Assembly (NCBI GenBank): GCA_017626555.1
Contig: JAGAIM010000019.1
Location: 20,345 to 84,344 of the forward strand
Direction: 5' to 3'
Length of the DNA: 64,000 bases
Source of the DNA: Bacteroidales bacterium
GTDB taxonomy: Bacteria; Bacteroidota; Bacteroidia; Bacteroidales; UBA932
Both the position numbers and the translations under genes were made by a program. How positions within the stretch are numbered: position 1 is the stretch's first letter; each line of letters starts with the position of its first letter. Below are positions 10,303-19,910 of this stretch, piece after piece. Below the pieces are notes generated by a model. The model made no database searches. It was not told the DNA's origin and saw nothing but the letters and a program-made list of their open reading frames with translations.

Positions 10303-11766
10303 ATGAAACTCAATACATTTATTATGAAAAGAATATTTTCCATTATCGCTTTTTGCGCACTCGTTTCCTGCGCATCGCAACCAGCCACAAATTTGGTTGA
10401 CAGAATGTCACACGATCCTAATGCGACCAACACGGAGACTATACTGCACGTGTGGAGTTGGAATTTTCTGACTATTGCAGAGAATATGCAGAAGATTTCT
10501 GATGCAGGATTCACAATGCTCCAGACATCACCGGTAAATGCCTGCTTCAGTCCTGAAGGAGGTAATATCAAGATCCTTGATGAGAAGGAAGGCAACTGGT
10601 ATCATTATTATCAGCCGACCGACTGGACAATCGGAAACAATATTCTGGGAACAGAAGAGGAAATGAAAGTTATGCTTGATTCTGCAAAGAAATATGACAT
10701 CAGAGTACTTGTGGATGTGCTTCCTAACCATACCGCATTTGATATTGATCTCGTGACAGACGAATTCTATGCTGCTGTAGGTGGCAGGGACAAGATGTTC
10801 CATACACACGGTCTTGAAGGCATTCAGGATTACAATGACCGTACTCAGTGCACGCATCAGGGCGTTGGAGGACTTCCTGACGTAAATACTGAGAATCCTC
10901 TTTTCCAGAAATATTATATGCAGTTTGTGAACAAACTCATTGAAATGGGCGTCCGAGGATTCCGTTACGATACAGCCAAACATATCGGTGTTCACTCCGA
11001 TCCTGTCGATGCTGAGGCTGGAGTGACCGAAAACGACTTCTGGGATGTAGCCACCGGACGCAAGGAAGTGCTCGGAGTTTCATTGTGCATACCTTACGAC
11101 AGCCTTTTTGTTTACGGTGAGGTACTTCAGGACAGGAATGTGCCTGAAAACGAATATGCAGGATATTTCGGACAGACAGCATCAAGTTATGGACATTTCC
11201 TTCGTGAAGCGCTTGCAAAGCGCAGTTCGAAGGATATTGACCTGCTTTCCTGGTATCACTCTGCTGCTCCAGAATACCTTACTACCTGGGTAGAGAGTCA
11301 CGACACCTATTGTAATGCCAATGAAAGTGCCGGGCTTACTGATGCACAGATCCGTACAGGATGGGTGTTCCTTACTGCACGTCAGAACGGTACTCCTCTC
11401 TTCTACAGCCGTCCGATGAATTCTACTCGTGACAATTATTTCGGCGACAATCTGCTTGGCGCACGTGGAAATGATGAGTTCTTCCATCCTGAAGTGGTGG
11501 CTGTGAATAAGTTCCGTCAGGCAATGAATGGCCAGAAGGAGAATATTGCGATATCCGAAGATGGAGAAGTAATCCTTGTCAATCGTGGTGACAAAGGTGC
11601 TGCCATCATCAATCTTGCTCTTGAGGAAAATGAGACCGGTCTGGCTTCCTCTCTCCCTGACGGTGAATATACCGACAATGTATATGGTCAGTCATTCAAA
11701 GTGGAGAACGGCATTCTTGAAGGTACAGTTCAGCCTGAGACAACTTATATCATTGAAGTTAAATAA
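10303..11766 (+). CDS. GH13 alpha-amylase lipoprotein
   Basis: Lipobox LVSC; DVLPNH, GFRYDTAKHI, GEVL, WVESHD conserved GH13 regions; alternative start at 10324. Confidence 0.88.
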   Translation: MKLNTFIMKRIFSIIAFCALVSCASQPATNLVDRMSHDPNATNTETILHVWSWNFLTIAENMQKISDAGFTMLQTSPVNACFSPEGGNIKILDEKEGNWYHYYQPTDWTIGNNILGTEEEMKVMLDSAKKYDIRVLVDVLPNHTAFDIDLVTDEFYAAVGGRDKMFHTHGLEGIQDYNDRTQCTHQGVGGLPDVNTENPLFQKYYMQFVNKLIEMGVRGFRYDTAKHIGVHSDPVDAEAGVTENDFWDVATGRKEVLGVSLCIPYDSLFVYGEVLQDRNVPENEYAGYFGQTASSYGHFLREALAKRSSKDIDLLSWYHSAAPEYLTTWVESHDTYCNANESAGLTDAQIRTGWVFLTARQNGTPLFYSRPMNSTRDNYFGDNLLGARGNDEFFHPEVVAVNKFRQAMNGQKENIAISEDGEVILVNRGDKGAAIINLALEENETGLASSLPDGEYTDNVYGQSFKVENGILEGTVQPETTYIIEVK

Positions 11767-11778
11767 CTGGAATATATA

Positions 11779-13908
11779 ATGAGGCTTAAAGCATTGATAT
11801 TCAGTACTGCTGCTTTGTGCTTATCCTGCAGCGGCGAAACGTCATACATAGACACTCTCGGAGTAAGCGTCACAAAGGAAGAAAACCGCGAATATTCCTA
11901 TACGGACAAGAAAGCCGGATATTGGTATGGCACCACTCATCAGGAGAGTATTCAGTGGTGGTCGGGATGGAATATGGCCAAGAAAAGGGTTCTTGCAGAC
12001 TATCATATCGGAGTCGATGATGATGCACTTCGTCGCTCTGAAGCAGAGGAATGTATTGTATATCCTGACAGGCTCGAGCGAAAATGGACAAATGCCAGAG
12101 AAATTTTCCGTCTGGCTGATGACCTTCCTTTGATAAGCATAGATCTCCAAACATCTGCTGATTCTATTTTCTGTGTTCTCGATATGAGTCACCTGGAGGC
12201 TCCTACGGCATCGGAAGAAGGTATTTTCTTCACCCCGAAGGAATCTCCGGGACACAGAATTCTGCTTTCAACATCGGTGGAGTCAGGATTCCGACATATC
12301 GATGCTGGCTTGAAGGCTCCTGCATCCGCAGAGGGATTCATTCTTGCATACGGTACGGAACAGGAATGCAGAGAACTTATCGGTCTGTTCAGGTCAGAAG
12401 GAGAACGCCTCCTTCAGGAAAGGAAGGATAGAATCAATTCACTGGTGACTGAATATAATCCGGTGAAATCCAATCTTCCGGAACTTGACAGAGCCCTTGG
12501 ATGGATTACTATTACGATGGATGAACTGATAACTGAGCAGCAAGGTAACGGAATCTATGCCGGCCTGCCCTGGTTCAATGAATATTGGGGACGTGATATG
12601 TTCATTTCGATGCCTGGAGCCTGCCTTGTAACCGGTCAGTTCGATGTGGCTGAACAGATATTGAAAGATTTTGCAACTCTTCAGGACACTGATCCGGAGT
12701 CTGAGACATACGGACGTATTCCGAACAGAGCCAATCTTGAAGGAATCCTGTACAATACCACAGACGGAACTCCGAGGTTTGTCATCCAGGCTCTGGAACT
12801 TGCTGAATATTCGGGAGATACAGAATTCCTGCGTGATATATATCCAGCCATAAAGACGAGTATAGATGCTTCGATAAGCAATTATACTGATGGGAAAGGA
12901 TATCTTACTCACGCAGATGCTGATACCTGGATGGATGTCAAGCGAAACGGCATACCTGGCTCCCCACGAGGAAACAGAGCAAATGATATCCAGGCTCTGT
13001 GGTATGGTCAATTGATTGCCGGAAGCAGGATTGCATATATTTTGGGCGACGGACAGGCTGCTCAACAGTGGAAAGAAGTTGCTGATTGTCTGGCTGCAAA
13101 TTTCGAAAGTGACTATTGCGATAAGGAAGGCAGGATTATTTATGATCATCTAAATACAGATGACACTCCTGATATGCAGTTCCGTCCAAACCAACTTTAT
13201 TGCTTCGACCTTGTAAAAGATGACGAATTCAAACAGGGAGTGACTCGTCGCTGCTGGGAAGAATTGGTTTACCCTTGGGGAGTAGCCTCTCTTGCACAAT
13301 GGGACAGTCAGTTCCATCCGCAGCACGAGAACTGGCATTACTACCATAAGGATGATGCCTACCACAATGGTACTGTATGGCTTTGGAATAACGGTATTGC
13401 GATGCAGAGGATGATAGAATACGGTCAGATTGATCTTGCTTGGGAACTTTTCAAGAATATGAACCGTCAGGCTCTGGTCGAAGGTGCGGTGGGAAGTCTG
13501 AGCGAGAATGCTGATGCTCATCCGCGAGAGGGTAAGGAATGGGTCAATCGTTCCGGAACATTCCTCCAGGCCTGGAGCAATGCAGAGCACTTGAGGGTAT
13601 GGTACCAGTATTTCCTCGGCATCCGTCCCGATATGCTCAACGGAGTAATCGTGATTGAACCGAAACTTCCTTCTGAAATAACATCTCTCGAGACTTCTGT
13701 CAAAATAGGAAAAGGAACTCTCCATTACCGATATGCTGATGGAAAGGTTACAGCAGAACTTGAAGGATGTGACGCAAAGATAGACCTTCGGGAACTATCC
13801 GCACAGCAGGACTCCTCTGTTTTTGCGGGTACCGATTTCTGTCGTCCTGATCCTCTTGACACCTATCCTTGCTTCGGAACTTATTATGAGACCGCACTTA
13901 CATATTAA
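11779..13908 (+). CDS. Amylo-alpha-1,6-glucosidase / glycogen-debranching-enzyme family lipoprotein
   Basis: AGLPWFNEYWGRDMFIS, TWMD, RPNQL, YHNGTVWLW, QAWS; lipobox CLSC. Confidence 0.85.
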   Translation: MRLKALIFSTAALCLSCSGETSYIDTLGVSVTKEENREYSYTDKKAGYWYGTTHQESIQWWSGWNMAKKRVLADYHIGVDDDALRRSEAEECIVYPDRLERKWTNAREIFRLADDLPLISIDLQTSADSIFCVLDMSHLEAPTASEEGIFFTPKESPGHRILLSTSVESGFRHIDAGLKAPASAEGFILAYGTEQECRELIGLFRSEGERLLQERKDRINSLVTEYNPVKSNLPELDRALGWITITMDELITEQQGNGIYAGLPWFNEYWGRDMFISMPGACLVTGQFDVAEQILKDFATLQDTDPESETYGRIPNRANLEGILYNTTDGTPRFVIQALELAEYSGDTEFLRDIYPAIKTSIDASISNYTDGKGYLTHADADTWMDVKRNGIPGSPRGNRANDIQALWYGQLIAGSRIAYILGDGQAAQQWKEVADCLAANFESDYCDKEGRIIYDHLNTDDTPDMQFRPNQLYCFDLVKDDEFKQGVTRRCWEELVYPWGVASLAQWDSQFHPQHENWHYYHKDDAYHNGTVWLWNNGIAMQRMIEYGQIDLAWELFKNMNRQALVEGAVGSLSENADAHPREGKEWVNRSGTFLQAWSNAEHLRVWYQYFLGIRPDMLNGVIVIEPKLPSEITSLETSVKIGKGTLHYRYADGKVTAELEGCDAKIDLRELSAQQDSSVFAGTDFCRPDPLDTYPCFGTYYETALTY

Positions 13909-13931
13909 ATACAATTCAAAATAAATTCAAT

Positions 13932-14393
13932 ATGAGCAACATAGCATTAAAGCAGATACATTTTGCAGGAATCACTATGCAGGTTCCTGAAATATGGGAA
14001 GCGGAAACCGAAGAATATAAAGAAGAAGATGGAACCAAATCATATAGCCTCAGCATCAGCGCCAAAGGCAATGATGTAAGAAGCATCGACATCAGTTGGG
14101 GAGTTATTCCAGAAGGATCTGATGCCTATACCGAGGCTTGTGCTACGTACGAGGAAGTTGTTATGGAAGAGGATCTGTCTTCAGACGAAGAACCTATCCT
14201 CTGCTTTGAATTCCAGAAGCGTGAAGCATACGGATTCAATGTCTGGACAGATGATGGACTTCCTTGCTTCTTTTTCTGCATAGGTATTCCTTCCGAAGGG
14301 GAAAATCATCTTCTTACAGTCCTTGTAAGTGCTCCGGACAATGACGAATTGCAGAATCTCATAGATTTTGTGGAAGAGTATCTTTCAGTATGA
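13932..14393 (+). CDS. Hypothetical acidic protein
   Basis: 153-aa ORF with AT-rich leader, co-oriented with upstream genes; no family recognised. Confidence 0.7.
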   Translation: MSNIALKQIHFAGITMQVPEIWEAETEEYKEEDGTKSYSLSISAKGNDVRSIDISWGVIPEGSDAYTEACATYEEVVMEEDLSSDEEPILCFEFQKREAYGFNVWTDDGLPCFFFCIGIPSEGENHLLTVLVSAPDNDELQNLIDFVEEYLSV

Positions 14394-14400
14394 TAATTTA

Positions 14401-14438
14401 GAAAAGGCGCATCTCAGAATCCGATCTTGCGCCTTTTC
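14401..14438. terminator. Bidirectional terminator
   Basis: GAAAAGGCGCA / TGCGCCTTTTC 11-bp inverted repeat between convergent genes. Confidence 0.6.
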
Positions 14439-16057
14439 TCCTGCCTGGCAGTCATTGATTCATTCTGGCAATACTCGCGGATCTTTGCTTCTGATGGCTC
14501 CTGTCCGCTGAGGATGAGTTCCACTGTCCGTTTTCTGGCGATATTTTCGATCTGTCCGCCACTGAGATCGAAGTCTGTAGCCAATGAAAGGGCAATTGCA
14601 TCTGACAGACCTGGGATCATTGATTTCCATATATTCCTTTTGGCCTCGACAGTAGGACGTTCGAACTCTATCTTATATATGAAACGTCGCTCGAAGGCCT
14701 TATCAAGATTGCTTGTAAGATTTGTTGTGGCGATCATAATTCCTTCCAGTGTCTCCATTTCCTGAAGAATGATGTTCTGGAGGGAATTTTCCATTTTATC
14801 GACGGCCCTCTGTGCTCCTTCCTGACGTATTCCAAGGACGGCGTCAGCCTCATTGAAAAGAAGAATAGGCGCCACTTCCTTTTCTTTGACATATTCCCTG
14901 TAGCGGTCGAAGAGAGCCTTGATGTTCTGCTCGCTCTCCCCCACCCAGCAACTCTTTATCTGAGTCACATCCACCATCATAACATCCCTTCCGGTCAACC
15001 TTGCCAACTGATTGACTGTCTCGGTCTTTCCTGTACCTGGTGAGCCGTAGAACAAACAAGCGAATCCCTTCCGCATCCCGTTCTGCATAAGTCTTTCAGT
15101 CACCTGATTGAAATTCTCTGGCTTCAGAAGGTCGGCAAGCCTGTCTATCTGAGACTGTATGTGCGGATCATAATACATACTCTTTGCTGCGAATGACGTG
15201 TGAGGTATCAGATTCTTATCCTGCTTCTCGATCTTTTCCACCAGATCCATTCCAGGGAAGAGTTCCTCCTTTGCTTTGTCGGTCAGATGATAATAATTCG
15301 GATCCCGTACCCCTTCATCACTTTTAGTCTCGAATATGCCTTTCTGAATCAATGGCGAATCACCCGTCTTCAGTTCCTTCAGAATCCTCTTTACGGCTCT
15401 TTTTGAATCTATTATATCATCCCAGTCGTGCGTTCCGATCATATCGTCATCCTCATTTATCAACCTGTTTGCGAAAAGATGCAGCAATAAGAAGTCAAAA
15501 TTCTTGAAATTATATGAAGATGATACTTTGCAATAAGGCAGATGCATATTGGCAGAAATGAGTTCGCATAATTTCTCCTCACGGTTCCAGAGGGAAATGT
15601 CTTCCTCATCGAATATATCAGACAATCTATCGAAGAATTCATCGAATGTCAGATTGCTTATAGGCTTCGGAATATAGCATACATTCCTTCTTATGCTGTC
15701 AATCACCTCCATAGGCACGTTGAAATATCTTTCTTCCTTGCTGTTCCCTGCCTTCAGATATCCTTTTGCAGCAAGATCGTCAGCAACATTCATCATTGAA
15801 ATTATCTTTATATTCGAGGTATTGATCATTTCAGAAATGTCACTTATCCTGATCCTCCACGACGAACTCTTTTCAAAGAACAAAGACAAAAGCAGGGCCT
15901 CCTCTTTCGACAAAAGAAGTACTTTAGATAAATATTTCAGACTCTTCTCTGCCTCTTCATAGAACTTTTCACTCAGACTATGTTCCTTAGCCATCGATAC
16001 GACCTCTTCCATTGATGAAAGAATTGTCCTTGCGCTCTTTTTCCTGTTCTTTTCCAT
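14414..16057 (-). CDS. AAA+ family ATPase
   Basis: Walker A GSPGTGKT, Walker B variant LLFNEAD, TTN...LDKAFERRF, SGGQIENI; ATG at 16057 preferred because a promoter motif lies at 16078-16113. Confidence 0.88.
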   Translation of the reverse strand: MEKNRKKSARTILSSMEEVVSMAKEHSLSEKFYEEAEKSLKYLSKVLLLSKEEALLLSLFFEKSSSWRIRISDISEMINTSNIKIISMMNVADDLAAKGYLKAGNSKEERYFNVPMEVIDSIRRNVCYIPKPISNLTFDEFFDRLSDIFDEEDISLWNREEKLCELISANMHLPYCKVSSSYNFKNFDFLLLHLFANRLINEDDDMIGTHDWDDIIDSKRAVKRILKELKTGDSPLIQKGIFETKSDEGVRDPNYYHLTDKAKEELFPGMDLVEKIEKQDKNLIPHTSFAAKSMYYDPHIQSQIDRLADLLKPENFNQVTERLMQNGMRKGFACLFYGSPGTGKTETVNQLARLTGRDVMMVDVTQIKSCWVGESEQNIKALFDRYREYVKEKEVAPILLFNEADAVLGIRQEGAQRAVDKMENSLQNIILQEMETLEGIMIATTNLTSNLDKAFERRFIYKIEFERPTVEAKRNIWKSMIPGLSDAIALSLATDFDLSGGQIENIARKRTVELILSGQEPSEAKIREYCQNESMTARQEKRRKIGF

Positions 16058-16077
16058 TGCTTTATCTATTTTGACGA

Positions 16078-16127
16078 TGCAAAGAAAATTCCTTTCGCTG
16101 CTAAAAAATGGCAGTTGAAAGAATTTT
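16078..16127 (-). promoter_or_regulatory. Promoter/operator, shared motif copy 1 (AAA ATPase gene)
   Basis: Minus strand AAAATTCTTTC..TGCC-N7-AGCA-N11-TTTCTTTGCA, 20 nt upstream of ATG. Confidence 0.6.
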
Positions 16128-16207
16128 ATCGAAATTTCTGGATTTCTCGCACAATTGGTGAATAAGAACAATTATTTTTGCAATATAAACAAATACAAAG
16201 TATCGTT

Positions 16208-16618
16208 ATGGAAATACAGAAGACCCCGCATAATATTGAGAAGTATAAGGATCATTATTCTGAATCCGGCCTATTCGCCAAGATCGGAAAGGTATTCAAA
16301 AAGGCCGGAATGAAGGCCGTTTATTATGTTCTGCTGCTTTATTATGTTCTTATTGATGAGAATACTTCGTGGGAACATAAAGGTATCATTCTCGGGGCTT
16401 TAGGCTATTTTATACTTCCTGTCGATCTTCTGCCGGACTTTATCCCGTTGGCAGGATATACAGACGATATTGCGGCTCTTGCAGCCTGCATCAAGACAAT
16501 TATGAAGAATATAACTCCTTCCATAAAGCGTAAAGCCGTTCAGAAACTTGCAGACTGGTTCACAGATGTAGAGTACAGCAAGATGGAAGAATATGATGAG
16601 GAGATAAATAAGGATTGA
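16208..16618 (+). CDS. YkvA / DUF1232 family membrane protein
   Basis: KGIILGALGYFILPVDLLPDFIPLAGYTDD motif; TATTTTTG promoter-like element upstream. Confidence 0.88.
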   Translation: MEIQKTPHNIEKYKDHYSESGLFAKIGKVFKKAGMKAVYYVLLLYYVLIDENTSWEHKGIILGALGYFILPVDLLPDFIPLAGYTDDIAALAACIKTIMKNITPSIKRKAVQKLADWFTDVEYSKMEEYDEEINKD

Positions 16619-16660
16619 TAATCCTTTTTCAGATCCTCCGCTTGGTTGAAGATTATTTGA

Positions 16661-16710
16661 AAAGTCCTTTATACTGCCTATATTTGGCAACAAAAAGGAC
16701 TTTCTTTGCA
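16661..16710 (+). promoter_or_regulatory. Promoter/operator, shared motif copy 2 (WYL gene)
   Basis: AAAGTCCTTT/AAAGGACTTT perfect 10-bp inverted repeat enclosing TGCC-N7-GGCA, then N11-TTTCTTTGCA. Confidence 0.65.
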
Positions 16711-16733
16711 TCATAAACCAAAATACAGGACTT

Positions 16734-17648
16734 ATGGCTAAGAATTATTTCAACAGGTACATCTGGCTGATAGACTTGATCCAGAGGAGTGGACATATAT
16801 CTTTTGAAAATATTGACCGCGCGTGGCGTCGCAGTTCGCTTAATCCAGATGGAGAGAGGCTCAGCGAGAGGACTTTCTTCAATCATAAGGATGCGATTTT
16901 CGACACTTTCGGAATAGAAATAAAATGTGACCGATCACTTGGGTATTATATTAATAATGAGGAAGATATCGAATCTGATTCCCTGAAGAACTGGATGCTA
17001 CAGTCTCTTTCGCTCAACAGCATTATGAATGAAGGCTCAGATCTTCGTGACAGAATCATCTGCGAGGATATTCCTTCAAGTCAGAAGTGGCTGCCGGATA
17101 TTATGGCAGCAATGAGGGACGGAAAATGCCTGATGATGACATACCAGGGTTTTACGAAAGATTCGCCGAATACCTTTGAAATTGCCCCATATTGCCTGAA
17201 GTACTTCAAACAAAGATGGTATATTCTGGCACGTACAGAAAAATTCCCCGAGGGCATATATTCATTGGACAGGATAAAGGATCTGCATCCGACAGACCAC
17301 ACCTTCAAACTGCCTAAAGGATATGAACCGAAGGATACCTTCAGGAAACTTTACGGTGTCATTCTCGACAAAGGGCCTGTTGAGACGGTGATTCTCCGCG
17401 TAGAAGAAAGTCAGGTGAAGTATTACCGTACCCTACCTCTGCATCATTCTCAGGAAGAATTGGAGTCCGGCGACGGATATACCGATTTCAGTTACAGGCT
17501 TGTGCCGACTTTCGATTTCAGCCGTGAAATCTTATCCAAGGGAATGTATGCTGAAGTCATATCACCGCTGTGGCTCCGTAGAGAGATTGCGGAAGAAATG
17601 CGTCAGGCAGCCAGGATGTATAATGATATACCGGAGGATGAAGAATGA
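16734..17648 (+). CDS. WYL-domain transcriptional regulator (wHTH-WYL-WCX)
   Basis: N-terminal HTH (LSERTFFNHKDAI), PYCLKYFKQRWYILA, YSLDRI, C-terminal EVISPLWLR. Confidence 0.92.
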   Translation: MAKNYFNRYIWLIDLIQRSGHISFENIDRAWRRSSLNPDGERLSERTFFNHKDAIFDTFGIEIKCDRSLGYYINNEEDIESDSLKNWMLQSLSLNSIMNEGSDLRDRIICEDIPSSQKWLPDIMAAMRDGKCLMMTYQGFTKDSPNTFEIAPYCLKYFKQRWYILARTEKFPEGIYSLDRIKDLHPTDHTFKLPKGYEPKDTFRKLYGVILDKGPVETVILRVEESQVKYYRTLPLHHSQEELESGDGYTDFSYRLVPTFDFSREILSKGMYAEVISPLWLRREIAEEMRQAARMYNDIPEDEE

Positions 17649-18184
17649 AAGATTTCATTGCAATAGATTTTGAGACTGCAAACGAGTGTCCTTCAAGTGT
17701 GTGCAGCATAGGAGCCGTACTTGTAAGGAACGGCAATATAGAAAGAACGTTCTACAGTCTCATCAAGCCGGAGCCGGACTATTACAAATGGTTCTGTCAG
17801 AATGTCCACGGACTCGGCCACGCAGACACTGATGATGCTGATGTATTCCCTTTAGTCTGGAAAAGGCTTGAGCAGGAACTTCTGGACGGGATTCCGATTC
17901 TTTCCGAGGACACATCTGAAGATGAGGAAGCATTACCTCTTGTCGCCCATAATGCAGGTTTTGACAGCAGATGTCTCCGTGATGTATTCAGATGTTACTG
18001 TATGGACTATCCGGAATATGTATTCCACGATACTTTGACCGCTGCCAGAAAGCATTTCTGCGGCACACTTGATAACCATCAACTCCAGACTGTCGCGGCA
18101 GCCTGCGGTTACGACCTGACCAATCACCACCACGCACTGGCCGATGCTGAGGCCTGTGCCTGGATAGCAAGGGAGATATTATAA
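17645..18184 (+). CDS. DEDDh 3'-5' exonuclease
   Basis: AIDFETAN, VAHNAGFD, HHALADA; ATGA overlap with the WYL gene. Confidence 0.92.
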   Translation: MKDFIAIDFETANECPSSVCSIGAVLVRNGNIERTFYSLIKPEPDYYKWFCQNVHGLGHADTDDADVFPLVWKRLEQELLDGIPILSEDTSEDEEALPLVAHNAGFDSRCLRDVFRCYCMDYPEYVFHDTLTAARKHFCGTLDNHQLQTVAAACGYDLTNHHHALADAEACAWIAREIL

Positions 18185-19087
18185 ATGACGAGAAGTTCCA
18201 TTACCGGCCATCTTTCGGCCTTCATAGCATACGCCATATTCGGCTTCAACATCATTGTCTGCAAAGACCTCACAAGCGGGAATCTCATTCCGCCGCTCGG
18301 GATCTTTACATTGAGATCTCTTGTTGCGGGCGCCTTGTTTTGGATAGTGTCTCTGTTTCTTCCAAAAGAGAAAGTCGAGCGGAAAGACTATATCCGTATT
18401 TTTGCTGCATCTCTCCTGGGCTTCTTTACCTGCCAGGTCACTTTCCTTGTCGGCATACCGTACATTACACCGATGGACTGTTCGATTCTCACGGCAATGT
18501 CACCGATATATACTATGGCCATAGCGGCAATTGTCATAAAAGAGCCGATAACCATACAGAAAGCAGCAGGGGTAGCGATCAGTTTCATTGGCATCATCTA
18601 TCTGATAGTCAGCAGGGTGGCGGCTCCTGGCGGTGTTTCGGAGAGTACTCCGTTCGGCATCGTGATGATAATTCTGAACAGTCTGAGTTTCTCGATGTAT
18701 CTGGGAATCTTCAAACCATTGATATCCAAGTACTCTGCTGTAACGTTTATGAAGTGGATATTCCTTTTCTCGGCCCTTGTTTCTGTTCCGCTTTCGCTCA
18801 AAGGACTGACGCAAGTTCAATGGGCAGCGATACCTTCCATCCAATATGCCGAACTTGCATACCTGATAATCCTCGCCACTTTCGTTACATATTTTCTCAT
18901 TCCAGTTGCACAAAAGAGAATCAGGCCGACACTTGTCAGTATGTACAGTTACATCCAGCCGATAATTGCCATCCTGGTCAGCATCGTCATCGGAATGGAC
19001 CATCTCACCTGGCAGAAAGTGCTTGCCGCTGCAATGGTCTTCGGCGGAGTCATCATTGTAAGTTACAGTCGCAGCGCCGGCAGATAA
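18185..19087 (+). CDS. EamA/DMT family transporter
   Basis: About 10 TM in two repeats; typical YSYIQPIIA. Confidence 0.88.
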   Translation: MTRSSITGHLSAFIAYAIFGFNIIVCKDLTSGNLIPPLGIFTLRSLVAGALFWIVSLFLPKEKVERKDYIRIFAASLLGFFTCQVTFLVGIPYITPMDCSILTAMSPIYTMAIAAIVIKEPITIQKAAGVAISFIGIIYLIVSRVAAPGGVSESTPFGIVMIILNSLSFSMYLGIFKPLISKYSAVTFMKWIFLFSALVSVPLSLKGLTQVQWAAIPSIQYAELAYLIILATFVTYFLIPVAQKRIRPTLVSMYSYIQPIIAILVSIVIGMDHLTWQKVLAAAMVFGGVIIVSYSRSAGR

Positions 19088-19154
19088 TTCCAGATTTGAA
19101 TCTGTTAAGATAATCAGGCACATTTTTCAAAAAATTGTGTATCTTTGTATTGAT

Positions 19155-19844
19155 ATGATTACATCCAGAACATACCATTCGCTTCATCTTGACATCGCTG
19201 CAGCAGATTCAAGCAATATCATTTATTTGCTTCTTCCGCAAAGGCTTCAAGAAGACGAACTTATATTGCTTGAAGAACTATCGGTCAGATTCGGATCGAA
19301 TATCGTGTCCATATCTGGTATGGAATGGAAGTCTGACCTGACTCCTTGGAAGGCTCCGGCAGTTAAAGAAGGAGAATTCGCAGGACAGGCAAGTCAGTTT
19401 CTGGAACGTCTTAAGGATGACCTTTTCTTCAATCTTGAGAATTCACTGCAGATCAGGAAGCCAAAGAGATATCTTATGGGATTATCATTGGCAGGAATGT
19501 TCGCTGTGTGGTGCGCTCTCAGAAAATCCCTCTTTGAAGGAGTCGCATCCATTTCTGGATCATTCTGGTATGATGGGTTCACGCAGTGGCTTGAAAAACA
19601 GGATGAACTCAAGTGTGTACACTTCTATATCAGCCTCGGAGAGAAAGAAAATGAAACCAAGGTAAAGAGGTTTGCCAACATAGAAGAGGACACAATGCTT
19701 GTGGTTGAAACCCTTATGGCCAAGGGTGCAGAGGTAACCTTTGAGATGACAGAAGGTGGCCACAACTCCCCTATCATTCCGCGTATCGAGAAATCATTAT
19801 CATCTTTGCTCGGAAATCATCATTTTGAATCTGAAACTTTCTAG
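19155..19844 (+). CDS. Alpha/beta hydrolase (esterase-like)
   Basis: GLSLAG nucleophile elbow, SGSFWY, EGGH; TATCTTTG at 19140-19147 implies ATG 19155 and a near-leaderless mRNA. Confidence 0.8.
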   Translation: MITSRTYHSLHLDIAAADSSNIIYLLLPQRLQEDELILLEELSVRFGSNIVSISGMEWKSDLTPWKAPAVKEGEFAGQASQFLERLKDDLFFNLENSLQIRKPKRYLMGLSLAGMFAVWCALRKSLFEGVASISGSFWYDGFTQWLEKQDELKCVHFYISLGEKENETKVKRFANIEEDTMLVVETLMAKGAEVTFEMTEGGHNSPIIPRIEKSLSSLLGNHHFESETF

Positions 19845-19861
19845 GCGTATCTCTATAATAG

Positions 19862-19897
19862 TGCCACTTTTCTGCATTTCTGTTTCGTTTCTTTGCA
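19862..19897 (+). promoter_or_regulatory. Promoter/operator, shared motif copy 3 (YgjP-like gene)
   Basis: TGCC-N7-TGCA-N11-TTTCTTTGCA, same spacing as copies 1 and 2. Confidence 0.5.
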
Positions 19898-19910
19898 GAA
19901 AACTACCGAG

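Noticed and set aside
18340-19123. Long alternative-frame ORFs (e.g. 18340..19113 +, 18500..19123 -, 4959..5942 -, 12439..13149 -, 34995..35699 -, 61338..62015 -)
   Set aside because: Shadow frames overlapping well-supported genes, with no motifs of their own
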